This document shows positions 38,666 through 49,000 of a stretch of 64,000 bases of DNA, one piece after another. The notes below the pieces were generated by a model that was not told where the DNA came from, did no database searches, and saw only the letters and a list, made by a program, of their open reading frames with translations. Source of the stretch: an uncultured Verrucomicrobiota bacterium (GTDB lineage Bacteria > Verrucomicrobiota > Verrucomicrobiia > Limisphaerales > UBA9464); the NCBI GenBank assembly GCA_903910585.1, contig CAIWAH010000109.1, positions 6,511 through 70,510 on the forward strand. Direction: 5' to 3'. Both the position numbers and the translations under genes were made by a program. Each line of letters opens with the position of its first letter. Position 1 is the first letter of the stretch.

Positions 38666-39394
38666 ATGCCTGCATCTGACTCCGACTTCCGCCAGGCGGT
38701 GATCCTCAGCACCCTGCGATCGTGCCAGCTTTTCAGCGGGCTGCCCCAGCCGGACCTTGAGGCGGTCGCCGGTCTGGTGACGGTGAAGGGCTTGGGCAAG
38801 GGGGACTACCTGTTCCATGAGGGTGAGCCGGCCCAAGGCTGCTATCTGGTGCAGACCGGAGCGATCAATGTCCACCGGGTCACCGCGACCGGCAAAGAAC
38901 AGACGATCCATGTCTTTCGCGCCGGGGAGTCCTTCGCCGAAGCCACGCTCGCCACCGACCGCGGCTATCCGGCCGATGCCCGGGCGGTCGAATCCTCGCA
39001 GGTGCTGCTGATTCAGAAGCACGGCTTCGTCGAACTCCTTCGCCAGCGCCCGGAACTGGCGCTGCGGATGCTTTCCGCCATGAGCGTCCACCTGCGGGTG
39101 TTGGTCGGCCAGATCGAGGAAATGACCCTTCGGGATGTCGAGACGCGCCTCGCCAACTGGCTGCTCAAGCGCTGCCCTGATCCCACCGCAACCGATGCGT
39201 GCGCCGTGGAACTCCGCGGCACCAAGCGCGACCTCGCCACGGAGTTGGGCACCATCAGCGAAACGCGGTCCCGCACCCTCGCCAAGTTCCGGGAACGCCG
39301 GCTGCTCGAGGTCGAAGGGCGACGGATCACCCTGCTGTGCCCCCGGGAGCTGACCGCCCTGCTGGCCCGCAATCTCGGCGAGGCGACGACCTGA
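38666..39394 (+). CDS. Crp/Fnr-family transcriptional regulator (no Fnr-type Cys cluster)
   Basis: ATG at 38666. cNMP-binding-like barrel: LFSGLPQPDLEAVAGLVTVKGLGKGDYLFHEGEPAQGCYLVQTGAINVHR. C-terminal HTH: TKRDLATELGTISETRSRTLAKFRERRLL. Confidence 0.85.
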   Translation: MPASDSDFRQAVILSTLRSCQLFSGLPQPDLEAVAGLVTVKGLGKGDYLFHEGEPAQGCYLVQTGAINVHRVTATGKEQTIHVFRAGESFAEATLATDRGYPADARAVESSQVLLIQKHGFVELLRQRPELALRMLSAMSVHLRVLVGQIEEMTLRDVETRLANWLLKRCPDPTATDACAVELRGTKRDLATELGTISETRSRTLAKFRERRLLEVEGRRITLLCPRELTALLARNLGEATT

Positions 39395-39425
39395 TCCCGG
39401 CAGATGGTCCTGCCCGGCGACGGAC

Positions 39426-40907
39426 TCAGTATTGCTGGGTGGATTCGTTCTCGCGGATGACCTGCTCGAACTGGTCGCTCGCGAGTTCGACCTCAAACCG
39501 GGCGTCGTCCTCGGCGGCGGCCTTCACCACCAGCTTCCATGAAGCCACGCCTTTCGCTTCCAGGCTGGCCAGCGGCTCCATCGTGATCCTCCGGCCCTCC
39601 GCCTTCACCGCCGTGATGCCGGCACCGGAGACGAACTCCTGGCTGGCCGGCAGCGTGCAGGTCATCCGCACGTTGGTGCCGGTGGCGCTGCCCTGGTTGG
39701 TGACCTTGATCTCGTAGGTGACTTCCTTGCCCACTTGGACGGGGTCTTCGAGATCCACGACCTCCAGCAGGATCGCGGCGATGCCCGCCACCTTCGTCGC
39801 GCAGGCACTGCTCACCAGCGGTCCGCAGCTTCCCTGAACGGTCGGAGCGAAATCCACTGCTCCCAATTCCCGCCGGCTCAGCCGGGCGCACAGTTCCCGT
39901 GCGGCGCCGCCCGCCAGGGAGGCCACTTCCCAAACGACGGCTCCGTCCACCAGGGCGCCCCCCTCGGTGGCACTCACCAGCGTGGCGCCCGGAGGCAACG
40001 GCAATCGGGCCACTGCCCGGTTCTCGACGCCGTCACCGGTGTTGCGGACGGTGAGGCAGACGTTGAGCGGGCGACCGGCAAACACCTGCGCCGGCGCAGA
40101 ACAGTCGAGCGCCAGCGTCGCCGAGTGCACCGTCGTCACCGCCGCAGCCTCCACGGCGATGCCCTCGGCACAGCTGAGGCGGGCGACGTTGGTAAACGTC
40201 CCCGAACGGGTCGCCATGACGGGCAGCTTCACTTCCTTCCCCTGCCCCGGCGCGAGGGTGCCCAGGTCCAAGTTCACCGTGGAATCACCCGCGGCGGTCT
40301 TCATGCCGTCCGGAAGCGTGTCCACGAGCTTCACCTGAGTGGCGGGAACCGCACCCACATTGCGGTAGATCAGCTTCAGCTCAAACGGCGCGCAGGTTCC
40401 CGCCTCGGGCGGGGCGCTCTTTACCAGCAACAGCTCCGGTTTGTCGGGACCGAGATCTTCGAGGAAGAAGTTGCTGCACGGCTTCGGCGTCACACAGCGG
40501 TAGCGCCGGCCTTTCGACGAAAAGTGGAAGGCGTAGGCCTCGACCGGTTCCTTGCCGACCCAGACCACGTCCTTGAGGCAGACCGGCTTGCCGTTCTCCC
40601 GCGACGACATGAACGGCATCCGGGTGCCATAGGGCAGCCGGATGTCGGCGATGTCCGCCCGTTGCGCGGCGGCATGAAGGTCCGCGAGGTCGCCGGTCCA
40701 CCCCCATTGCCGCAGGATCTCGGCGATGTCGGGCCGGAGCTTTTCGCTCCGAAAGCGGTCCCGCAGGTCGTCGGGCCGGGTAAGCGGCGGCGCAAAGCGG
40801 AAGGCGGGATTGCCCAACCGGGTCGCCCGGTGCTCGGCGCGCACCGGGACCACCCATAGCAAGCAGGCGAGGGTCAGCAGCAGCCGCATCGGGACCGTGA
40901 ACTTCAT
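39426..40907 (-). CDS. Secreted DUF11 (conserved repeat domain) protein
   Basis: ATG at 40907 (MKFTVPMRLLLTLACLLWVVPVRA). Three DUF11/CARDB-like units, e.g. VGKEVTYEIKVTNQGSATGTNVRMTCTLPASQEFV. Confidence 0.72.
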   Translation of the reverse strand: MKFTVPMRLLLTLACLLWVVPVRAEHRATRLGNPAFRFAPPLTRPDDLRDRFRSEKLRPDIAEILRQWGWTGDLADLHAAAQRADIADIRLPYGTRMPFMSSRENGKPVCLKDVVWVGKEPVEAYAFHFSSKGRRYRCVTPKPCSNFFLEDLGPDKPELLLVKSAPPEAGTCAPFELKLIYRNVGAVPATQVKLVDTLPDGMKTAAGDSTVNLDLGTLAPGQGKEVKLPVMATRSGTFTNVARLSCAEGIAVEAAAVTTVHSATLALDCSAPAQVFAGRPLNVCLTVRNTGDGVENRAVARLPLPPGATLVSATEGGALVDGAVVWEVASLAGGAARELCARLSRRELGAVDFAPTVQGSCGPLVSSACATKVAGIAAILLEVVDLEDPVQVGKEVTYEIKVTNQGSATGTNVRMTCTLPASQEFVSGAGITAVKAEGRRITMEPLASLEAKGVASWKLVVKAAAEDDARFEVELASDQFEQVIRENESTQQY

Positions 40908-40977
40908 GGGGCAAGGTTCCGGAACCGCGAAACTCCCGGCCAGCGAATTGTTGGCGGCCATCGCTCCGGCCGGAACG

Positions 40978-41982
40978 TCAGAAGTCGAACTGGTCGATGT
41001 TTTCTCGGGTGAACTTGAACGGTTCGCCCAGCAGGAGGTTGTCCCCGGCGATCCGGATCTCGCCAAGTTTGCCCGCGGTGAACGCCGTTGCGCCCGGCTT
41101 GAGCTCACCCTTGGCCAGCGCGGTCGCGGCCTGGATGGTCAGGTAGCCGAGGTCGAGCGTCTTCCACAGGATGACCGTGTCCGTGACGCCATCCTTGACG
41201 TAGCGCTTGTTCTCATTGGGCAGCCCGAGGCCGATGAGTTTCACCTGCCCGGCTTTGCCGGCCTGCTTGATGGCCTCGGCCGCTCCCGGGACCGCCGGCG
41301 AGCAGATCGCCATGATGAGCTTGAGATTGGGATTTGCGCTGAGCAGCGCCGTGGCTTCGCTCTGGGCCTTGTCCTTGAGGTCATCACAGGGACGCAGGGC
41401 CACGCGCTTCAGGTTGGGATGCTTCTCGGCGTTGCGTTTCTCGATGGCCTGCTGCCAGGCGATCATGTTTCCCGCCGTCAGGCTGGCGGTGATGATGGCG
41501 TATTCGCCGCTCCCGTTCAGCAACCGCGCGGCCTCGTCCGTCAGCGCGTTGCCGATGCCCTCCACCGTGGCCTGGTTCACGAAGAACTCCCGGGCGTCGG
41601 GCTGGGCGTCGGCGTCGTAGGTGACGACCTTGATGCCCTTGGCGCGCGCCTTGCGCAGGGCCGTGGAAATGCCGTCGCGGTTCTCGCAGGCCACGGCGAT
41701 CGCATCCACGCCGAGATTGATCCACTGCTCGACGATCTCATTCTGCTTGGCGGGATCGGGATCGGTCGGGCCGTCGAAGATCATCTCGATGCCCAACTCC
41801 TTGGCCGCGGCCTCGGCCCCCTGCCGGCAGGACATGAAGTAGGCGTTGCCCTTGGATTTCGGCATGAATGCCACCGTGATTTTCCTGCCGCCAGTCCCGC
41901 CGGATTCGGGAGCGGAGGCGGGCTTGCAGCCCAGGAACAGCGACACCAAGGCCAGCGCGAAGGCGGAGAGGAAGCGGTGCAT
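40978..41982 (-). CDS. Periplasmic sugar-type (LsrB/RbsB-like) ABC substrate-binding lipoprotein, orphan
   Basis: Lipobox LFLGC. Also KITVAFMPKSKGNAYFMSCRQGAEAAAKELG...GVDAIAVACENRDG...VVTYDADA. No permease or ATPase gene is adjacent. Confidence 0.78.
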   Translation of the reverse strand: MHRFLSAFALALVSLFLGCKPASAPESGGTGGRKITVAFMPKSKGNAYFMSCRQGAEAAAKELGIEMIFDGPTDPDPAKQNEIVEQWINLGVDAIAVACENRDGISTALRKARAKGIKVVTYDADAQPDAREFFVNQATVEGIGNALTDEAARLLNGSGEYAIITASLTAGNMIAWQQAIEKRNAEKHPNLKRVALRPCDDLKDKAQSEATALLSANPNLKLIMAICSPAVPGAAEAIKQAGKAGQVKLIGLGLPNENKRYVKDGVTDTVILWKTLDLGYLTIQAATALAKGELKPGATAFTAGKLGEIRIAGDNLLLGEPFKFTRENIDQFDF

Positions 41983-42072
41983 GGGCGCAGCCTAGGCGAT
42001 GGCCGCGGGCGGTTCTAGTCCCGGTTTCGCCGGCCGGAAACTCGCTGCCGCCGGAGGGCCGGATCGGGCGGT

Positions 42073-42702
42073 TCAGCCGGCAAATCCCGCCGTCAGCCGC
42101 CCGCGCACCCTCACTTCGCCCCGGGCGATGGCCGCCACCGCGGCGGGATACAGCTCACGTTCGGCCACCTGGATGCGGGCATGGAGCGATTCCGCGGTGT
42201 CGCCGTCCAGCACCGGCACGGCGCGCTGGCCGATGATCGGGCCGGTGTCCACGCCCTGGTCCACGTAGTGCACGGTGCAGCCGGTGAACTTCACGCCGTA
42301 ATCCAGCGCCTGCTTCCACGCGGCCAAGCCGGGAAAGGACGGCAGCAACGACGGATGGATGTTCACCACCCGGCCCTCAAACGCGCGCAGGAACTCGCCC
42401 TTCAGGATGCGCATGAACCCCGCCAACACGACCAACTCAACGCCGGCGTCGCGCAGGGCGCCGAGGTAGGCCGCCTCGGCCGCCTCGTCGAGTTTGGTGC
42501 GGAATTTCCCGGGCCGCAGAAATCGCGCCGGCAGCCCACGCTCGCGGGCATGGGCAAGGATGCCCGCGTCCTCGACATCGCTCACCACAAGGGCGACCTC
42601 CGCCGGAACGCTTCCCGCCGCAATCGCATCGGCGATGGCGACGAAGTTGGAACCTTTGCCGGAGCCGAGAACTCCGAGACGCAGCGGGCGGATTGCAGGC
42701 AC
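42073..42702 (-). CDS. purN: Phosphoribosylglycinamide formyltransferase (start uncertain; ATG at 42783 is an alternative)
   Basis: [20 protein letters not shown]...VLAGFMRIL...[13 protein letters not shown]...[17 protein letters not shown]. The GTG at 42702 gives a typical ~209-aa length. Confidence 0.85.
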   Translation of the reverse strand: MPAIRPLRLGVLGSGKGSNFVAIADAIAAGSVPAEVALVVSDVEDAGILAHARERGLPARFLRPGKFRTKLDEAAEAAYLGALRDAGVELVVLAGFMRILKGEFLRAFEGRVVNIHPSLLPSFPGLAAWKQALDYGVKFTGCTVHYVDQGVDTGPIIGQRAVPVLDGDTAESLHARIQVAERELYPAAVAAIARGEVRVRGRLTAGFAG

Positions 42703-42800
42703 GGGGCGATTAGGAAAGCCGCGGGGCCGGAACACAAGCCGGCGGAAGGGCGGGGAAACCTGGAATTGAAACCGTTCCAGCATGCACGACTGCCCGCCCT

Positions 42801-44108
42801 TCACCACACCCGCGCCCAGAGCACCTTGAGGTAACGGCTTTCGAGGCAGTTCGACATGACCGGGTGATCCGGTCCGGCGCCGGTGCGGTCAAGGAATTGG
42901 AGTTTCCGTCCTACCCGGTGGGCACTCCGGATCGCCATCTGCTCGAATTCGCCGGAACCCAGTTGACCCGAACACGAACAGGTCGCCAGCAGTCCGCCGG
43001 GCTTCGTGATGACCATTCCGAGCGAGTTGAGGTCCTCGTATTTCAGCATGCCCTCGGCGAAGACCGCCTCGTCGCGTCCGTCAATCAGCTTGGGCGGGTC
43101 CAGGATCACGACGTCGAACTTCTTGCCGTCCTTCCGCATCTGGCGCGCGTAGCTGTAGGCGTCGCAATGCACCCAGTCCACGCGGGCCTGGTTCAGGTTG
43201 GCATTGCGCTTTGCCTGCGCGATGGCGTTCTCGTCGAGGTCCACCGCGGTGACTTCGGCGGCCTTGCCCAGGAGCTTCGCGGCGAGCGCAAACCCGCCGG
43301 TGTAACAGCAGAGGTCGAGCACCGTGGCGTCGGGACACCAGCGGGCGATGGCGCGGCGGTTTTCGCGCTGGTCGCAGAAGAACCCGGTCTTGTGGCCGGT
43401 GGCGAAGTTCACTTCGTAACGGATGCCGTGCTCGCGGATCTTCACATTGCGCACCTCGTCCGAGGGCACTTCCGCGACGCGGATGCTTTCGTGCTTCGCG
43501 ACGGGATGATCCACCTCGATGACGGTCTTCGTCGTGCCCAGTCGGGCCCGAAGATGGTCGAGGAACTTCGGGAGGCGCTGCCAGATGCCGAGGCTGTGCA
43601 CCTGCACGCTCAGCACGTCGGCGAACTTGTCCACCACAAGCCCGCTCAGGCCGTCGCCGTCGGAATGGATGACCCGGAACGCATCGGTCTGCGCGGGCAG
43701 GTCGAGCACCTTCAGGCGCAGGTCCACGGCCCGGTCAATGAGCGCAAGGAAGTCGGCCTCAAGAAATGCGTCATCGCCGTGGTGGATGACCCGGAGCGGC
43801 ACCCGCGCCAGCGGATTGAACAGCCCGTGCCCGAACAGCCGGCCGTTCTTGTCCATCACATTGACCAGGCCGCCCGGTTGGGCGTCGGGTGACACGGCGC
43901 CCACCATCGCGGGGTAGATGGCCGGGGCGTAGCTGAAGGTCTTGAGCTGCACCCACGGCTTCGGCCAGTGCTCGCTGCCTTCCGGGGCCTGCTTCGGGCG
44001 GATGCCGGGCGGGCGCGCGGCCGGCCGCGACCACGCGCCCGCCGGTGCTCCGGCCCGGGGACGCGGGGCGTAACGGGAGGAGGGAGGCCGCTGATAACCG
44101 TCGTTCAT
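42801..44108 (-). CDS. Class I SAM-dependent rRNA (cytosine-C5) methyltransferase, RlmI-like
   Basis: ATG at 44108. [20 protein letters not shown]...[15 protein letters not shown]...[11 protein letters not shown]...[11 protein letters not shown]. Confidence 0.78.
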   Translation of the reverse strand: MNDGYQRPPSSRYAPRPRAGAPAGAWSRPAARPPGIRPKQAPEGSEHWPKPWVQLKTFSYAPAIYPAMVGAVSPDAQPGGLVNVMDKNGRLFGHGLFNPLARVPLRVIHHGDDAFLEADFLALIDRAVDLRLKVLDLPAQTDAFRVIHSDGDGLSGLVVDKFADVLSVQVHSLGIWQRLPKFLDHLRARLGTTKTVIEVDHPVAKHESIRVAEVPSDEVRNVKIREHGIRYEVNFATGHKTGFFCDQRENRRAIARWCPDATVLDLCCYTGGFALAAKLLGKAAEVTAVDLDENAIAQAKRNANLNQARVDWVHCDAYSYARQMRKDGKKFDVVILDPPKLIDGRDEAVFAEGMLKYEDLNSLGMVITKPGGLLATCSCSGQLGSGEFEQMAIRSAHRVGRKLQFLDRTGAGPDHPVMSNCLESRYLKVLWARVW

Positions 44109-44248
44109 CCGCGAGGCGTAGCGGCATCGGCCGGTGCGGAGCAATGCGGAAGTCGCCCCGCCGCACACGACATTGAAGTTGCCATGGCGGCAGCGATTGC
44201 GAGCGTTGCCGGAATGCACACCGAATTCGGGCCGCAGGAGGCGACAAA

Positions 44249-45994
44249 ATGACCGGGCAACGGGTAGCACAAACTTCAGTTGTGGGGATCACCACGGGCT
44301 GCTTCGGCGGCGTCCGCGCCGGATTGCTGGTGCTCGCGTGCCTGCAAGCTGGACCCGCCGCGCTCGGAGCCGACGGCAAACCCACGTTTGCCCGCGACAT
44401 CGCCCCCCTGCTCTACCGCCACTGCGCTCCCTGCCACCGGCCGGGCGAGGCCGGACCATTTTCGCTGCTGACGCTGGCGGACGCCCGGAAGCACGCAGCG
44501 GACATCGTCGAGGTGACCGCGGCAAGGCGGATGCCGCCGTGGCTCCCCGACGAGGGGGTGGAAGTCTTTCCGGAAGCACGCCGGCTGACGGCGACGGAGA
44601 TTGAATTGCTGAAGACGTGGGTGGCCTCCGGCACGCCGGAAGGCGATCCCGCGGACCTGCCGCCGCCACCGCAATTCACTCCCGGTTGGCAATTGGGGAC
44701 GCCGGATCTCGTGGTCACCTTTCCGAAGCCCTTTGAACTGGGTGCGGACGGCGCGGACGTGTTCCGCATCCTCGTGGCCCCGCTGGCGGTTACGTCCAAC
44801 CGGCACGTGCGCACCATCGAGTTTCGGCCCGGAAACCGCGCGGTGCACCATGCCCGCCTGGTTCTCGACACCACGGGCAAGGCCCGGAAGCGGGATGGCA
44901 AAGACGGCCAGCCGGGCTTTCCGGGGAAGATGCTGCCGGGCCAGGATCCTCCCGGGTTCTTGCTGGCTTGGGCACCTGGACGGGCTCCCTTGGCGGGCAA
45001 TGACGGCCTGTCATGGCCTTTGCAGCCGGGCACAGACCTCATCGTGGGTCTGCACCTGCAGCGCACGGGCAAAAAGGAACTGGTGCAGCCCACGGTCGGA
45101 TTCCACTTCACCGACCGGCCACCGACCAACACTCCGGTCATCGTGGGACTGGACGCGATGTCCCTCGACATCGAACCGGGCGCGACCAACTACGCCGTCG
45201 AATCCTCGCTGACGCTGCCCGTGGCGTCCGATCTGTTGTCCGCGCTTCCCCACGCCCATTACCTCGGCAAGGAGTTCGTTTTCCGGACCACGGAGCCGGG
45301 CGGCCAGCCGGTCACGCGGCTGCACATCCGCGACTGGGATTTCAACTGGCAGCTCGACTACCGCTACGGTCCGGCCATTTCGCTCGCAGCCGGCACCCGG
45401 CTGGATTTCCGGTGGACGTTCGACAACTCGGCGACCAATCCGCGGAATCCCAGCCGACCTCCCCGCCGCGTCCTCGACGGCTGGGAAACGACCGAGGAGA
45501 TGGCGCAACTCTGGCTCCAGCTGCTGCCCGGAGACGAGGCCGGCGGTATCGCGCTGCAGCGGGCCTTCGACAGCTCATACCGCGAGCAGAGTGTCGCGTT
45601 CTTCCGCGAACGGATCCGTCGCAACGCCAAGAATGCCGTGGCCCATTTTGACCTCGGCAAGACCCTGCTGGAACTCAACCGCGTGGACGAGGCTTTCGAG
45701 CCCCTCGCAACCGCGGACGAACTGCAGCCGAACGACGCGGAGTTCCTCCACCACCTCGGGCTGTATTTCCTCCGGCAGAAGCAGTTCGCCGCGGCAAGGG
45801 ACACCTTGGAGCGCGCGTTGGCGGCAGACCGGACCTTCTTCCGCAGCCAACTCCTGCTCGCGCAGATCGCGTTGGCACAGGAAGAGCCGGCCGAAGCGGC
45901 GGCCCGATTCCGGCAGACGCTCGAACTGGATCCGGGCAACGCAGACGCCCAGAAGGGCCTGAAATCGCTGGAGGCACGGGCCAACGGCAGGTAG
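44249..45994 (+). CDS. Heme-c motif + copper type II monooxygenase (PHM/DBH)-like + TPR fusion protein
   Basis: PSCyt-like FARDIAPLLYRHCAPCHRPGEAGPFSL (CxxCH). Candidate Cu ligands: AVHHARL ... LPHAHYLGKEF. C-terminal TPR-like helices (NAVAHFDLGKTLLELNRVDEA..., DAEFLHHLGLYFLRQKQFAAA...). The exact start is uncertain. Confidence 0.65.
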   Translation: MTGQRVAQTSVVGITTGCFGGVRAGLLVLACLQAGPAALGADGKPTFARDIAPLLYRHCAPCHRPGEAGPFSLLTLADARKHAADIVEVTAARRMPPWLPDEGVEVFPEARRLTATEIELLKTWVASGTPEGDPADLPPPPQFTPGWQLGTPDLVVTFPKPFELGADGADVFRILVAPLAVTSNRHVRTIEFRPGNRAVHHARLVLDTTGKARKRDGKDGQPGFPGKMLPGQDPPGFLLAWAPGRAPLAGNDGLSWPLQPGTDLIVGLHLQRTGKKELVQPTVGFHFTDRPPTNTPVIVGLDAMSLDIEPGATNYAVESSLTLPVASDLLSALPHAHYLGKEFVFRTTEPGGQPVTRLHIRDWDFNWQLDYRYGPAISLAAGTRLDFRWTFDNSATNPRNPSRPPRRVLDGWETTEEMAQLWLQLLPGDEAGGIALQRAFDSSYREQSVAFFRERIRRNAKNAVAHFDLGKTLLELNRVDEAFEPLATADELQPNDAEFLHHLGLYFLRQKQFAAARDTLERALAADRTFFRSQLLLAQIALAQEEPAEAAARFRQTLELDPGNADAQKGLKSLEARANGR

Positions 45995-46035
45995 GCGACG
46001 GCCTGGGAAGGTCCGCCGCCCCGCCGACAGACAGG

Positions 46036-49000
46036 TCACGATGCGGCCGCCGGGCGTCGGGCCGCGAGCCAGGCAAAGCCCGCGAGCACCGCGAACAACC
46101 CCGCAAGCAACACCACCCGGAAGCCCCACGGAGCCGTCTGGGCACTGGTGGCCTTCAGGCGGAGGTCCAGGTCCGCGTCGTGGTCCACCTGCACTGTGCG
46201 GCGGAACGTCAGCAGTTTGCCCTGCGACGGCACCGTGGCCCGGATCGCCGAAGGGACGGGCACCGCGGCGTCCTGCTGCTGCACGATGCGCTCGGCCAGC
46301 TTCATCAGCGTGGCGTTGTCCTCCGCGCTGTTGGCGTCGATGAGCTGCTTCGCCTCCTGCTGCGTGTAGGTCGCGTCCCGCCGGTTGCGGAGTTCCTTCA
46401 GGTTGCCGGGCGCGGGCGCGGCATCGCCGGCGGCGAGGTTCTGCCGCACGTTGAGGCCGACCAGCGCCTGCTGGAGCTTGAGGTTGTGCAACTGCACCCG
46501 GGCATCCTCGTTGAACGCGCTGTCGTGCGTGCTGAGGCCGAAGGCGCTGTTGAAGGCCCGCCGCGCCTGCGCCGGATCCCCCTGCTGGAGCAGCGAATTG
46601 CCGAAGGAAAGCATCTCCTCGGCGGCCTTGGTCTTGGCCCGGTTGGAGACCAGCTCGTTGTCGAGGTAGGATTTCACGTCCGTCACCAGCGGACGCACCT
46701 CGTAACTCTGGTCCTGCAACTGGAGTGAGCCGGACCAGTCGGCGAGCTGCCACTTTTCGTTGAGATAGACCTGCCAGGTGATGTTTTCGAGCGGCAGGTC
46801 GAACTTCGGTCCGTGCAGAGCGAGGTTGAGCTTGCGGGCACCGGCCTGCCCGATGCGGCTGGAGTAAAACACCTCGACGGTCGTGGCCTGATCCACCTTC
46901 GACTGCTGCTCCAGGGGCAGGAGAATCTGGTTGGTGCCCCGCCACGGCCAAACGCCGTTCTGGTTCACGAAGGCGAACCAGAATTCGGCGTCGCCCGGCA
47001 GCCCGAGGCTGAGCAGGCGTTTGTCGCCGGGAATCAGCTCGAGCCGGACCTGTGTGAGCATCACGCCCTCGTCGGAGATGACCGAGGTGAGCGTCACGTT
47101 GTTGACGCGCGCCGGCAGGAGCTTGGTCGCCTCGTGGCGATCAAGCGCGAGCGGCAGCGTGAAGGCCGGCTCCACCACACGGTAGGTGAAGCTCGCGGAG
47201 GCGTTCGCCAAATCCTGCAAAAGCGTCCGGGGAATGCCCTGCCACTCCGCCGGCTGGAGCGCGGCCGCCGGCGGCTCGGCGCGCACCTGCAACCGGCCGC
47301 CGGACTGCACGGTCACGAATCCGCGCTGAAGGTTCGCATCAGCCGCCAGCACGCCTTGGACGACCGCGTTGGTCGCGGCGTTCGCGAGCGGCGTCTGCCA
47401 GGTCACCTGGAGCATCTGCCGCCCAATGATCCGGCGATGCAGCTTCACGTCCCAGAGCTGGGTGCCGTTCGTCACCGAACCAGCCACCACCACGAAGTCC
47501 GCCACCTGGTCGCCCCGGAACCGCACGCCCTCGGCGTTCGCCGGCACGCGCACGCGCAGCGACTTCAGGCCGGTGTTCTCGATCTGGTATTGCAGGTTGG
47601 CGAGCACCTTGAGCTGAGCTTCACCGACCGTGACGTGCTGGAGGCACGTCACCTGCACCCACGCGTCCACCTGTTCGAGGCCCAGCGTGAGCGACCACTG
47701 CGGCTGCAGCAGGCGAAACGCGAGCACGCCCTTCTGCCGGATGCCGGCCTTCTCGGGATCGAGCTGCGTCACGCCGTCGCGGGCACCGACCTGGAAGCGC
47801 ATTCCCTGTTCCGGCACGATGACCAGTTGCCCGCGCTGTTTGGCCGCCTCGCGAAAGGTCAGCCGCGGCACGGCGTAACCGTTGGTCGCGCGCACACCCG
47901 GTCCGGCAAGGCTCACCTGAAACTGCTGCTGCCCCTCGGTCTTGCCCTTGAGATGCAGCGTGATCACGCGGCCGTCGTTGCCGCGCAGTTCGGTCCAGTG
48001 GCTCAGCGCCGCCCCGCTGATCGTTTCGACATCCAGCCCGGCGGGCAGGACGAAGCTCAGCCGGAAGATGCCCGCACGCGTCACGGTCACCGCGGCGTTC
48101 ACCGCCAGCAGCGTGCGGTCCTCGCTCAGCGACAGCGTCTCCTGCGTCTCCACTCGCACGTCGGGCTCAACCGCGGACGCCTTGAGCGTGATCGCGCCCT
48201 TCGCGTCGCCCTGCCGGAACGCCCGCCGCAGCGTGAGCCCGGCGATCTGGTTCCGCAGCGGCTCCAGCACGCCACCGGGAAAATCCTCGAGGTTCAGCGC
48301 CGTGAAGCCGTCCGCCGTCACGGTGTCGAGCTGCACCTCGTTGCCCGTGGCCACGCCAACGGAACCCACCTGCCCCGCCGCGCCGACCACGTTGAGCAGT
48401 CCCGCGGCCTGTTCGACCGGCAATGGTCCCGTCGCGATCTGCGAACGCACAATCAGCGTGAAGAGTTTTGACTGAGGTGCGGACAGCGTGACGCGCAGCC
48501 GCCGGGTGTCGGGATCGAAGCGCCAGAACAGCCCGGGACCAGCCGTGACCGGTTTGCCGATGATCACCTTCGTGGGATCCACGACGTCCGTGATGGTCGC
48601 GCCAATCGGCACCTCGAAGCTCACCTCGGTCAACTCACCTTGGGCCGGCCGGACCTGCACCGAATGCACGCCCTCGATGACGCCGGCTGCCGGCACGTAG
48701 AGCTGCGTGAAGTCGGCGTAGAAGACCGCGGCCTCGTTCTTCAGATCGCGACTGCGTGGTTTCCAGCCAATCCATGTCTCGGACGCCGGGGCGAGCACGA
48801 GACTGGCGACCGTCATGTTCGTCGGACCGGATTCACGGCGCACGGATACCGCGCTGGGCGAACTCACCTCCACGTCGAGGCCGGCGAGCGTGAGCTTGAG
48901 TCGGTTAACGAGCCCGTGGTGGGTGGGCAGAACGAAGCCCGGATGGCCGTCACGGCTGGCGACCTGCAGCTGATAGGTCAGTTCCACGTCGAACGTGCCC

